A stretch of DNA of 64,000 bases from Catajapyx aquilonaris (lineage: Eukaryota). Made by a program: the position numbers and the translations under genes. The notes under the pieces were generated by a model. That model saw nothing but the letters and a program-made list of their open reading frames with translations. It made no database searches and was not told where the DNA came from. This document shows positions 12,101 through 25,899 of this stretch, piece by piece. Location: the NCBI GenBank assembly GCA_000934665.2, contig JYFJ02000886.1:1-64000 (forward strand), read 5' to 3'. Numbering within the stretch: position 1 is the first letter of the stretch; every line of letters begins with the position of its first letter.

Positions 12101-14949
12101 TCTTGAAAAGGAAGATGGAAAATCCATTTTCTTCGGTAACAAGGTATTGAAATTATTAGTTCACACAAGGACATGCTGCGGAATAAACTACGGAAAGAGT
12201 CCACAATTTCAACATGAGATACTCTGTTCGGAATAGCAATGAGAGAGAGAGAGGTCTCGCCTTCGGTTATTCTACAGTATATTACAAAGATCGCTAGCAC
12301 ACTGTTAGCAGCAAGCTTACGTACATGATTATGGTAGGTAAAACATGGCTCTCTCCCAATTATTTTTGTAGTTTTTGGGTTGTTTTATTGCGCCGAGTAA
12401 TATAAAAAGAGCATGTGCACGAGAACATGATTATTACTAACATTTTTTTCAAAGTCATGCTCAATTCAAGACACAAACCAGTCCAGAAAGTAGCGCAGCA
12501 TTTTTTTGAAAATCTTGCGTACCCTTGACATTGCCAACGAAATCTAATCTCTCACGTATAGCGTTCGATTCGAGCAAGTCACTGAATGAAAAGAGCCGTA
12601 AACGGAGCAAGTCCAAGTCTACAGTCAAGCCTGCCGACCTTCATTTCTTGCACTGGAGGCTGCTAACCTTGGCTGGCCAACAGTTGTTCAACCTCCAAAC
12701 TTCTAAAGTGTATTCCTCTCGACCCTGCTATACAATCCTGTTTCTAAAAAAAAAACGTCTCGACGAAGAATCGACTTTGTTCTAACCATACGCAGGTGAA
12801 AACTTGGAAGAAAAATAACCATCCCTATGTGTCAGCACCAGCATCCAGCTCGTTATGGACCATCCCCTCAAGGTAGTCTCTATTCAACTGGGCAGCAGAT
12901 AACAAAAGACTTGGGGAAAAAAAAATCGTAGGAAGATAAATCAACTAGCAAGTAGCTTCCCTTTCTGGACCGCGTCCAGATTATGATCTTTTCCGTCGCA
13001 GGGAAAGTTTGGCAATCGAGAACAAACTACAAGAAATGAGGGGTTTTCTTTCGCTTGAGAGGAGAATACAGAAGAGGGGAGACCTATACTCCAGCAGCCT
13101 CCATTTGTTCGCTCCAAATGCGATCTGTGCTCGCGCACTGCAGCGCATCTCTTGAACCACTACAAGGGCCTAATCGTCATCTCAATGGAAATGGTCTGTT
13201 CCACTGTGGGGGGAGAGGGAAAGGGCTCCAAGGAAAAGGGGGGGGAAACGGTAGAAAACCCTCTCACCAGATTCAACAACGGACTGGCTATAGAGTATGT
13301 ACCTGCAGATTTTCCTCCTATCCTTGTGTTCAAAGTTTTGCATGGTATTCCCATTCAGAACGTTGACTTTCCTAGTACTACAAATGGATTACGCGTATTC
13401 CCAAGTCAATTTTAGCAAATAGCATCATTCTTTTTTTGTTGATATGACGTGTTTATTGTGATCAGAAAAAAATAATTTTGACGGTATACAACGATCAGCA
13501 TTCTAGCAATATGAATATTATTTTATATCATCTTGACCTGATATGAGTAGCCTACTGGTGGTAGAGCGCCAAGATACTATTGGATGAAACTTTTTTGACA
13601 TGTCTTGCAAAATATTGGTCATACGCCGATGCTCAAACAGAATTATTGGCTCCTGCACTGAAAACTATAGTTGCATGAAATTTCAGATAGACAAATAACG
13701 CTGGTGAAATGAAATGTAAACAAAATCATATGCGGTTGGGGAATAATTTTACTGCCTATATGCACTATTCTAAATATTACAGTATTATTCATTGAGCCAG
13801 CTTTATTTTCATATCCGAAACTTCATGGACAGTGTAGGTCTACGTATAGAGTATAGGATTGGGTGGCTATATAGGTGTCATCGGAAAACATACACTATAG
13901 CCTCTAGTGTGTCAGTGGACGCGAATGCGGCGGTATTTGTCCATTCTGCTGTCGGGATTCTTCTCTACAATGTTTACGAAGATTATTAACGTCCAAAATA
14001 ATCCCCTGAAAGTCTCAACGCCAACACGCCTACGAGGTCCTGCGGCTACAACATTTCACACCAACCCAATCAATTACTATCTACGGCAATGACAGAATAT
14101 TACTTTGTGGTCGTGAATATACTGCACTGAAATGATTACAGAGCTCATATATTTATGTAGCTAATTCAAAAGTCTATGAAGGATCTATCCAGCCTTGGTG
14201 AATGTGTCAGCCAACAACCGCATATTACGACATACTGTCAGTATTTTACTGGTTCATAGACTGCACCACTATACTGTAAACATGACGTACAGCGGATTTA
14301 AAAAAATAATTAATGTGGCTTAAGTAAAATTTACCTTTCCGATGACGACTGAAACACCGGTATTATACCGTAGGCTATACCGTGTAGGAAATAAACATTT
14401 CCCTTCCCTCGTTTTACCTGAAGCAAAAAAACAACGATATGCATTGCAGTCATCGCAACAACCCCTTGTGGATTATTCTATTTCAATGTCAAAGTACAGG
14501 AGCTCCTCCGTAGAAAGCTATCAGCAATTTAAACCCGCTCTTTGAAAATGTTTCCGCATAATGATTTCCCAAGTACAGCATTTGCTTCCCAGAATTCCCC
14601 GACTATAGGTTACATTCTGCACAATTGGATATTCAATCTTCAAACTCTAGAAAGGAATGCAGATCGCAAAAAAAATCGCATGGATGGATACACCAGTGTA
14701 AACCTACCTGCTACTCATGGTGGATTCATCCGAGGAAACTCACTGATGTCATATCTTGAACCGACATTATTTGCGACAAAGACAAAAAAAGGAGGCTTAT
14801 GTTAGTTTACTGCAGAACTCCCTGATAGGTAGTTGGGCTGGTGATGTGTGAATTACATGGTGTTGATGTAGAAAAAAATTAGGCAGAAGTTGTCAGCCTG
14901 TCCTTCACATTAGATGATTAGGACAACAAAAACAACTTGATTATTTCCA

Positions 14950-15231
14950 AGGCGGCATGGTGGTCTAGTGATTACGCCGCTGGCCAGCCAAGCGGGAGGC
15001 CGGGGTTCAAATCCCGTCACCGTCACCTCTGCTTGGCCGGGATCCTTTTCCGCTTTTCACCCGACATGCCGAAGCAGAATTGCACTCCCTTCTCTGCTCG
15101 GGGCCAGGAGAAAAGGTCTGGTGTTAAAGAATGTCAGAAATGGCTATCGCACGGCGCCCTCCCTTGGGAACTTCCCCTTCCCTCCGAAGAGGGCCACGAG
15201 CTCTATCACGGGGTAACAAAAACAACAAAAA
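14950..15231 (+). mobile_element. tRNA-derived SINE, family B (tRNA-Gly(GCC)-like head), with 16-bp TSD
   Basis: A box TGGTCTAGTG and B box GGTTCAAATCC. GCCAGCCAAGCGGGAGGCCGGGGTTC resembles eukaryotic tRNA-Gly. Tail ATCACGGGGTAACAAAA. TSD AACTTGATTATTTCCA at 14934-14949 and 15232-15247. Confidence 0.9.
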
Positions 15232-17540
15232 AACTTGATTATTTCCATTTAAAAATTCGAAAAGCATCAACTCCTCGTGAGTAATTCCGTAAGCTAATTT
15301 TGACAAAATTCTGGAATCCACACCGTTTAAAAGGCTGAATCCTGAGTAATGACAATCAGCCTGCCAGAAACAACATGGCTCACGGACTTCATCCAATTCC
15401 TGCTAGTTACACCACAGGCCGACAGGTGCCAGGTCACTCGCCAAAAAATATAGACAAAAAAAGGAACTGGTCATTGCTGAGTTGTTAGGGCAACTGAAGA
15501 AGTGGTGCAGAAAGAAGATTGAACGCCCTTCTCCCACGTCTCTATTTTTCTGGAGCAATAATGGGCGTCTGTAACATCCACAAGCAGGCCTAGCGTTGGA
15601 GTGCATTGTTGCTGCAACTACAGGACGTTGACAAATCCATTTTTCCTAGCCCACAGAACCACAAGGATTTCCAAGATCGATTCCATTTTTGGCATATTCC
15701 AAGCTATGTTAGGCATAGTACATAACTATTATTCAATAACCTTTTTGCACCCACCTCGTTTTTGATGTCGAATCTTCCAGTGGCAGTCAATAGCCCAGCC
15801 TTTTGATCATGCCCCGTGGAAATAGCTACCATTATCTGAGGTTGCTGTCAACTAAAATTACCTCCCAGGCTAATACATGGCAAAAAGCGCGGGCGGTAAA
15901 AAAAAGTTAGAGAACTACTTTTGTAGTCACGCAAATAAATTGCTTCATCTCGGATGAAATCTCATTAACCTGAATATTGGCAACCAATATGTATGCAGAG
16001 AGGTTGAAAAAAAATGTCCCCATGTGCTAATAATGTAAAGTACACCTGCGTGGGCACGACATGGGTTCGCAATTTCTGCGCGGAGACGCACAAATCATGA
16101 GACTGTAATTGCGTAGTTTTGTCCTAGGGGACGCCTAATGCTGGCGCCCTGTAATTAGGCTCTATGATTAGTCGAACAATATGGGCGTCAACAGGAATGA
16201 GTATGGCGCGGACGCAGCAGAGTGCCAGGGGTCGAATTGTAATTCGTAACCCAACCGGTTCATTCGGATCTATAGCATTACAGTAGTTTATTTACGCTGT
16301 CATGAGTCATGTGATCAGTCAAAATTTTTCAGAATTTGGGACAAAGGATCAGCGTGCCTCGATAGCTTTGGAGCTAAATTAGAACTAAATATACAGTAGT
16401 GTCATAGAAACAAGCACTGCAATATTTCAGAGCGTGTGGACCAGCTCTCAGCTTTTGCCTAGCCTTTTTTAGAGTTTGATGTGTTATTAGCAAACTAATC
16501 GGAAAATTTTTGGAAGCGATATGGAAAATAATTCAAAGCCCAAGCGGAATCTGCCCTTGTTGAGGTTACAGTAACATTAAAATTGCTATTATATTAGCCG
16601 TAATTATATCCCGATCAAATGGCTCAGCACTGTACTAAAAGGGCAACAAATTGGAATCCGGCACACATTTACGGTTGTCGACATGCCATTAAAAAGCACC
16701 ATATATGCTGAAGCCAACAACTTCGCAAATGCATATTTCTTAACATTGACAATCGGACATTTTTTGGTCCAAATTTACATTTACAAGCTAGGTTAACCCG
16801 CAAGCTATAGGTCCATAAGAGGGTGATCAATGATTGGGGATCTGTTAATGCGTTGATTAATGATGCGTGGTTATGCACCTGCACGAGGCTTTTCATGCGT
16901 GCCGAGGTTGTCGGGTGATAAATCTCCACCCTGGCTTACTCTGCTTAACCACAGGATAAAACAAATTGACAGTAAGCGGAAGTTGCAATAATGATATACA
17001 AATACCATCACCAGGGACTGGAAAGGGTTCATGGAAGGAGAGGGAATAAGAAGTAGCTTCCAATAAATTTATTCCTCGCACAAAATGTTTCTGGCCTCTG
17101 CTAGACAATTACGATACTATATGCCTTGTACATTCGTGGAAACTCTGTTTTTAATTAATAGTTTTCCAACTTTCCTGAATTCAGGGTTTCAAAATAATAA
17201 GGTGAGGCTTCGTTGTTTTCGAAGACGGATGTAATAAGAACTCGCATGCAACGAGTCTATAGTCAGATGAATAATCATATTTCACCAAATTAGGTTAGAT
17301 TGGCAAGCGAGGCTGTAGTAGCTGACATCTGGAGGCATCCACGTGTGTTACAGTAATGGTGTCCCTTCTGGGTATATGTATGAATTTTTGGTGCTGAACC
17401 AAGTGCTCGAGTTCTGCTGTGTCTGACGATACAAATTTAAGCTAAACTTGAAAGAAATTTGGATACACAGATGGCCATAAAATCGCTACTCGGTAAGAAT
17501 TCCACTCATAGCACTCTCCATCTCAACAACACTGGCAAAT

Positions 17541-17764
17541 CTGCCATCAGATGTGAGAAGACCGTAACTCATTATCCACTTCCCTTGCGGCGAGAAAAGA
17601 AAGCAAGTGTCACCGAAAGCATCCAAGTGGTGGCGTTGGGGGAAGGGGAAAAAAGGAACGGCGTCCCAACTCCACCTGTTGGGTGCTTTTGGTACCACTG
17701 CTTTTTTTTCTCGCCGCAAGGGGAAGTGGACATTGAGTTACGGTCTTCTCATATCTGACGGCAG
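17541..17764. mobile_element. Palindromic MITE with 4-bp AAAT TSD (Sola-like, tentative)
   Basis: AAAT|CTGCCATCAGATGTGAGAAGACCGTAACTCA... pairs with ...TGAGTTACGGTCTTCTCATATCTGACGGCAG|AAAT. Arms of about 100 bp. Confidence 0.85.
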
Positions 17765-19578
17765 AAATCTGCGCCCTTTCAAATGCCATTTGAGTTCTCC
17801 ATACACTTTCAAATCATATGAGGCGAGATCGGGCTGTAGGGTGGGTGGGATAACACCCAGGCTGTCCCTATGGGGGCTCATATAGGTGTTGGTCTCTAAA
17901 TTGGCATGTGAAGGTCAGCTCTTGATCTATTATAGGCGATGCTAGACTTGTCCAGATTTTCGGTACTGTACTAATTCATAATGATGTCCAACATGTGATG
18001 CCGTCACACAAACAGAGCAATAACAACACAGTATTTATGATTTAGGGTGACATTTATTAGCTGCAATATGTACAAGCTTTGGAGAAATTAGCTAATAGCT
18101 GGGTCGCAGTCTATTATTGTGGGAATCCCTGTTTTGGCCATTTTTGAAAAGGGCTGGCATAATTTTGTGTACAAAGAACTTTCCAAATAATTGCATAATA
18201 AAACATGCAGATTTTTTGGAACCATGTAATTAGTCAGCCTAATAATGAAGTTGACACAGAGATGAAAAATTCAATACCGAAATTGGTAATTTAATTTATA
18301 AACATACAGGGAGATGTGCTAATTATTACTAAATAACATTCATAGTACGCCATATTTGAGAATAAAATATGAAATGACCCTTCAAATCATCCTAATGAAA
18401 TCGGCATTTAATACGATTAAATTTATTACAGGCAGTGTTGCACAAATAAAATTCCAATAACTAACTAACTAAATATAAGCTAATTATTATCAGCAACAAA
18501 CAACTTGTACACGCTGAACCTTCCAGTCAGATGACTTTCCCAACTTCTCCGTAGTAAAGGGTCTGTCAAAATGTCGTGACTGAGCTTTGCACAGATGTGA
18601 AAATCAGCTCGAAAAATATATTGGATCGATCCTAGCGTGGGCAGGTCCTCAGTCCTTTTCTTTTCTTTTTTACTTTCTGCCTATAGGTGACGTCCTGTGG
18701 GCCAAAGATGATCGATGATCACACTGCACGGCACAACAAAATCTGCGCGGAGAATAAGGCTCCGGGAGCCTGCAGGCGGCCACTATTGACCTCTTTTATG
18801 CTGGGCCGCTCGACAATCCCCGGCGGAAAACCAGATGGAATTTGCGCAAACGAGCGCAATCATTATCCATAGTGTAAGGAGCAAACAGCTGCTTCCTGTA
18901 ACTTCAGCCTTAAAACTCTCTACTTGGAGTTGCTCCAGAATGTTTCCGAACTTCTCCTGCGTCGTCATCAGCATGTTTCCCGCTGCGGGCTTCATTCTTT
19001 TTAACCCTCTCTCTTCCTCCTACCCTCCTCAACCTCACCTTCCAAAATGACAAAGGCAAACTTGTGCTCTGGAACCATGCGCGTAATAATTGTGCACCCG
19101 GTTCTTGTGTGACTCAAATTATGACACTGCTTACTTTGTCACCTAGCAGGGGCGCTCAGGTAGATATACCCTAATACGTACATCTCTCTCTCCTAGTTTT
19201 CTCCCTCTGGGAGCTCAAGTCATTTGGAGCTTGTTTGCTCTGAGCAGACTGCTTCTATTGCAAACAGGCCACGGATAAACCCCCGGACACAGGCGGGCAC
19301 AAAAACAAATTTCCCGCGCCGACATGGAGCCTTCATCCCTCCCACATGTTGATCTAAGCAATGGCTAAGGCGGTAAGGCCTGTCCAAATAGGCTGTGCAT
19401 CATAGTTTTTTTCTCTCAGCCCTGGATTAGTTTCGTGACGCTTCATTAGTTCAGGTAAAATGTGTGGTGACTTGTAACATGATATGGTCGTTACAGTATG
19501 TTCAAGCATATGGGCGAATCAGATTTATTGCGAATGGTGGTTGTAAGCATAAGTTATTATAAGTTCATACACGGTATA

Positions 19579-19809
19579 CAGGATGTTTCAACTTTTTAGT
19601 CCGAACAGTTATCGGAAAATTGCACGTAGCTGCTACTTAGGAACTGGGAATATTCCCTGCGAATCGTAGGTTGAAGGCTTCAACCTACGATTCGCAAGGA
19701 ATATTCCCCGTTCCCCCGAAAAATCACCGTTTGCAAGTCACTGCTTACTAAGTAGCAGCTACGTGCAATTTTCCGATAACTGTTCGGACTAAAAAGTTGA
19801 AACACCCTG
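19579..19809. mobile_element. Tc1/mariner-like MITE, family CAGGGTG-1, copy 2
   Basis: TA|CAGGATGTTTCAACTTTTTAGTCCGAAC ... GTTCGGACTAAAAAGTTGAAACACCCTG|TA. Centre is a loop-less fold-back, GTAGGTTGAAG-G-CTTCAACCTAC. Confidence 0.92.
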
Positions 19810-19948
19810 TATTACGTGACAGCAATGTTACATTGGGAGAGACTTTGCAAGTGAGGAGCTGGGCTGCCCCAGCATGTTGCCTCAGCCATTGGTTTTCACA
19901 GTTTGGAATGCTGATGGAGACCATTTCATGGCGGAATTAACACACTCG

Positions 19949-20080
19949 GGGCCGGCATCATCATTGTTTTTAAGTCATTTACTCTCCGTATATCCCCCTA
20001 AAAACGGTCGGTCCCGACAGTTTTGGGGTGGAGGGATTTACCGAGAGTAAATGACTTACGAACACTGGTGCAACAGGCCC
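19949..20080. mobile_element. Short palindromic MITE, PIF/Harbinger-like (GGGCC...GGCCC)
   Basis: TAAGTCATTTACTCTC pairs with GAGAGTAAATGACTTA, and AAAACGGTCGG with CCGACAGTTTT. GGGCC/GGCCC termini, TAG on the right flank. Confidence 0.7.
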
Positions 20081-23000
20081 TAGAGGGCCATTTATTTCAG
20101 CTTGCAGTCCTGAATGATGGGTCACATTCCATAAAATAACACCGTAAGGTTCGAATTTGGCAGAATTGATTTTTCACTACTATAGATTCGCTCTGTAAAA
20201 TCAGCTTTGTCTTACGGACTGTACACATGAGAGGCTATCACATACCGGTAACTGATTTAATAATTATTACTATCGTTAATTATTTTTTGGGCTATAATTA
20301 TTATTTGATCAATAAGTGTGATATTGCAGTGTAATCTTTACTACTGTACTTTAGTAGCGGATATTAAATCACCTACCTGCTGGAGCAAAAGCAACTCATA
20401 TCTCTAGCTTCATAAAGCCGTCTTTCATTACTTTTGTACCAAACCAGGCTTATACACCGACCTATGTCTAGGGTATATCAACATCACAAGTCAGTAGCTT
20501 TCGTAACTTGTCAAGTCTGTTGTATACCCGCAAGCACGATATATATATAACTAATACATTACTGCAAAGACGGCATTTCACTGCTGACATAATCGTGTTG
20601 TTTGCTACAATTCCCTCGGTTCTTTTGAGCAAGCCTGCCTCATCTTGACGTATATGCCTAAAGAAACAACTACTCTTATTAAAATTAATTATACTCGATG
20701 TAAAAGTGAGCAGCATGTGTATAGTGTAGTACCCATACCACCAGTATACTGTCCACATTATACTAGCAGCCAGCTTCTCTGGGTCCGTTTGATAATGCAG
20801 TTTATTTTCCCGACTCAATTTCTGGACCGAAACGGAAGGCCAAGGACGCATTCGTCTCGAAAAGGGACCATTGATTAGGTGACAAAGTGGACTAGATGTG
20901 GACTGGAAGGGAGATGGAGCTCGTCGACCCCATTTCATTTGGTCCGAAAAGGCTCCGGATTGTCCCCGGGCACGGAAAATGGTCGCCATTCTGACTTGTG
21001 GGGACAGCCTCCTTAATCCGGTTATTGCTCTCATACGACTTTTATGTTCAGGTGCTATGAGAAAATATCGTCCGCAATTACTCTAGGCCTAATCCAGCTT
21101 TCTTAGGGCCTCCAGTTTTCGCTATAAAACGTGGCTCTGGGCTCCATCCACTTCGACCTCAGCATGTATACCGCCTGGCTGCCACATAATTTACGGGCTA
21201 ACTATCCGGATTAGATGTTAGCGAGACACTAGTCCGAGTGTTTTCAACTGCCCAACATTTAACAAGTAAAAATGAAATAAAGGCCAAATTGTAAGTTTTG
21301 ATAAGTATTTTTTTTCTTTTCATGCACCAACCGTCTGAGAGTTGGGAGGAATGGTACAGTTACTCTTAAGATTAATTAGTGCCGTCAATTTGATCTTCAG
21401 ATTTCAGCAGGTAAGTTATAATAATATTAGCCTCCGTAAAATATTTTCATTGAAAATTTTAATATCGGTACAAATTATTGTTCAATAATTAAGGACACTT
21501 TTTTCACGGTTGAAGCAAAGTTGGGCATAAAAAGGAAATAATTTATACATACCGAAGTGTAGACTATAATTATTACTTCAAAACCTGTACACCGACATAT
21601 GGGAATTTGGCAACAAAAAGCACAGAGGTAATCATAGGTGCAGCCATCCGTGCCCAATCCAATCAACATGCTTATGTCGGTACAGTATCTTATTACACAG
21701 TAGAGTAGACTGTATATTCCCTACAGTAACGTTCAGTTCCTTTGAAGCTCATATGTGGGTATAAAAATATATACGTATAAGTTCCGTACCTGAGCCAAAA
21801 CAGTAGTTGACTTTAGCTTTGCCAGGATGCCATTGCACAGCCATCAAATCAACTGTTAGGCATTAGAGTCGGAAGCACAAATCCCTCTTAATTAATTCCT
21901 TGTTTCATGAGAACAATCCTCCCTTTCCCCCAAGCCATTATGAAAACGAGAAACATTGTCATTTCCTTTCCGATTTCCAACAGACTAGAGATTCAGAGCA
22001 TTCACTGCTCGGTCGCCATGGACGACAGTAACAAAGGAGAATGCTACATTAAATACTTGTCTGCACCAAAGATCCTGTTCTCTTTCTTCGCTGTTCTTGG
22101 TGTAATCAGCTCAAACTGGAGCAGTCGAAGGGCTATTAAGCCTTTGTACGCTACAAAAGGCAAAGTTTTTCTCCAACTTCCCCATCCGCCTCCAGTCATC
22201 AGGTATAAACTCGTACACAGGCACTGCCGCTTGTTTTCTGCATCGTTGACCGAGAGTTATTACATTGTAGCAACTATATCATTATACCCACTTTCTTTCG
22301 AAGATAATCGACAATAGAGTTCGAGCAGTAGCGCACCGTCTATAACACGCCATTTCTTCAAATTCTTTTCGCTTATTCTTCTGCAACCCACGTAATGGCA
22401 CATTGCAATTTTCATTTGATTGCAGAAGCGAGGCAAGAGTAGGGTACATACCCGGTGGACGCCTTTTATCCGGGAGAAATTGAAATGCGACAACGTGTCA
22501 AATCCCTCACTTTGCCCAGGAGTTGGGAAAATCCTCCATACTTCGAGTATCCACAAAAGAGGTGAACATGAAATGGGAGAGGAACGAACGAGAGGAAAAG
22601 AAAACACTTCCCACATTTCTTCAAATCAAATACAATTTCACTGGTCTCGTTATTTCACACAAAAAAATGTTCATGACTATTCGAGTCATGAAGTACCAAA
22701 TCAGAAAAATTTCAATTCCATGATCAATCATTCTGATAAAACTAAGCGTCTTCATCGATTATAATCAGTCATATTTTTAAATGGAGCTAATATTTTAAAG
22801 TTTTACAGCAGCTTCTTCTTGCGAGTGACACTTTAAAAATAATATTATCGTACAGTCAGTACCATATGCATAACAATGCATTTTTTGCAAACTAAAATTT
22901 CAACTATTCTGAGTCCAGGTGACAGGTGAGTGCTGGCTTGGGTGAGTGGTCTATAACTACAGTGTAGATATCGAGCGGTCCCTGTCTGATTTGCTGCAAG

Positions 23001-25735
23001 AGGGCAACGCAATGCATTATAAGGAATGGAATCCCTTAGACCAATGTCCTTGCAAGGTAGTGGTGCTGCTGATTGTTCCATGCCGTGCGGAAGAGCAGGC
23101 AGCTGACCGCACGAGTACATTACCTCGGTCGAAACCACTCCGGATTATTCGCGCTCTCTTGCCATCACTTCACTAAGACTGAGTGGAACGGTTGAAATAA
23201 TGAAAACGCAGTGTCCGTGATGGAGGACAATAATCTGCAAAGAGAGCTACTAATGCTGAGGATTTGATTATACAGAGCTGCCGCGATGCTTCCAATTATT
23301 ATAGGCTTGTCTCGTGCCCGAAGTGAAATATGTCCGCAATTTGCATCCCAGTCCCCCCTCCGTGTATACTATTTTTTGCAACCCCAAGGAATGCGATCCA
23401 CAATGGTATTTCTCACTACTACATTAGCACTGGATTATAAATTAAGTGTCAAATGTCTAAAGCCGACACCAACACAGTGGATGGTCAGGATTTGAATTTT
23501 TCTACTTTAGTACCATTATGAACCTTTCAACAACATAATAATCCTGACATCGCATCATGTAATGTCGAATAAAGCACAACAGAAGGGACGTAAAAGAGTG
23601 AAGCTCGTGATTAAAGTAATCCCTAAGTTTTTCACATTATTGACGGCAGTTTCTTGGAAGAAAAAAAAGCGATCAAAAAATGTCAACCTTTCCCGGCTTA
23701 TTATCTTCGGGCATAATTGGTGTTCGGTAGTAATCCACGAAGGAAGTCGTTTCCTCTCAGACGACTTTTGCGGAAGCTAAGCAGCGAATCGGCGCCGAAG
23801 ATGTCTTTTATAGCCTCATTAGCACATTAATTGTCCAACTTGGCTCCGCTTTTTGTATATTCCTGCCAACTTGGTGCTGCAGTCTTATACTGCCAACGTC
23901 GCCACAATAACGAACTTGGCGAGAATGGATCTAGATTCTTTTTTTGGTATGGGCATTAATGTCACAGGTTAGTCGACACTATAGTGCTTTATTATAATGT
24001 ATAGATAGATATGAAATGAGGATTATTTTTCAGCCATATTTTGTCAGCTATGTCCACTGCTGGCACAACGAATCGGATAAACTGATGTATTCCGGCCTTC
24101 TGAGAGTAAAGGTGTGTTTTTGGTTATTTTATTATGAAAGTGTGTATTAAATGCAGGTATCGTTGGTCGGACAAGCGGCTGTTGTCACCTTGTAGGCCGA
24201 CTAAAAATAAACAAAGATTTACAAAGAAAGACAGGGTTCATAACCAATAGCAGTAATGAGCTCAAATTTTCTTCAATATAAAATTAAAAACCATCTACTG
24301 AAGGTAGAAAACAGGGCAAAAGAAACTCGCAGAGTACAAAATAAGATAGAAGTTTTTATTTCATTAGGGGAACCATTTTCTTCGAAAGAACTGACAGTCG
24401 CTTTCTGACAATTCGAAAGGCATTCAATCTAATCGTTTATCCGGTCAGTTAAATTGTACGTCTGTACTAACCCTATGTCATTTTCTCTTTATAAAACGTT
24501 CGAAACAGCAATAAGATTACAGCCTGGACATATCAAGTTTGATCTGCTTCAAAACGTTGATTGATACCCTACCATCTGCAGCCTTTGTGGTTCTACTGTA
24601 GACTATAATAAAGATTCAAATGAGTCCATGTATTGCATTATTACATATTCCATCGGGTTGTTCCATCAGAAACTATTGCAAAACTTTATATTTTATGACA
24701 CTCAACATATCTGTTGTTATTGGCGAGCCGGAAGTCTTGCTACTAGATGGAGTGGAGAGTTGGGAGGTGAATCTGGAGGGAGGCTATGATTTTTGTAACA
24801 AGTCGTGTGGCAGCCTCATTTGGGGCTGGCTCTCATAATAATTAGGTTGTTTGGTCACGACCCTGCGAGGTCAGGAGTGATGACCTAAAGAGAGCAGTTC
24901 TCCCAAGTTACACAATATGGTAAGAAAAGCATATATATTGCCAATGAGAAAATATTGCCTGGGATATAGCATTATCCATACCACCGCGGCACGCAGACAC
25001 AGAAACGTGCTTCTTTCAAGAAAACTGGCCATGGAGTCCTCAAAAACAACTCGTATCTTACAGTTTCCTCTCACTTAAGGGGGCTGATTTCAACTCAACC
25101 ACTCACCCTTCCTTCCTGAAATGGCCCAACCGCCAGCCGTGCAGTTGTTACACAAATAAATAAGGAAGGTTTCTCATTTGTTCTCTGGCACGTTGTGATC
25201 ACGAAGGTCCGAGTCTGAAGTATGTACCGGGCAATCGCACTTGCAATCACCTGCACTCTTGTCAAACAAGAATCAAAGACACGGAGACGGTCCTGAAATG
25301 AAATTTGAGAGGAAAGAAAACAGAAGGTGGTGGCTAGTGCTAGAAATAGTCCACCACATGGACAGCAAATCCGCTTGTTTTTAGTCTGGTCACGATCCGA
25401 AGGAAAGTTCCGCGTCCCAAGGCGAATGTCCGGCACTGGGAAATCGTTTTTCCTCCTCCCTTTCCTGTATTTTTATGTTCATTCCATTCTTCGTGGCCTG
25501 AAAAACGAGGAATCATTTTACGCCCTTCCATCACCCGTGATATTCATAACACCCGTGTGTATACTACATCCGACACGAATAAATAAAACGCTTTTATTTT
25601 TTTACTAGAAAAATTTAAATCCGCTCAATAATGGGTATATGGGCGTACCATTTGAATTAGTTTCTGCCTATTGTTTTTTATTTTTTTTACTACTCAAATA
25701 TTAAAGTGAGACTCTATTTACTGCATTGTGCTAAG

Positions 25736-25899
25736 GTGCTGTTAATACTACTGTAGGGTACAGTACATCTCATGGCGCTGAAGAATTTAACTCCAGTATG
25801 TTTTCCGATGGTGACGGGCCTTACTGCATACCATAGTATGGCATGCAGTAGAATCCCCAAAGTTGAGTTCCTCAGCAGTGCGTAGAGCACAAACAGCAC
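25736..25899. repeat. Degenerate inverted repeat, probably an old MITE
   Basis: GTGCTGTT pairs with AACAGCAC and GCTGAAGAATTTAACT with AGTTGAGTTCCTCAGC. Internal hairpin TACTGCATACCAT-AGT-ATGGCATGCAGTA. Confidence 0.45.

Noticed and set aside
20468..21034. Longest ORF in the track (188 aa, minus strand)
   Set aside because: No recognisable motif or coding-like composition, and no supporting splice structure. Probably a chance ORF.
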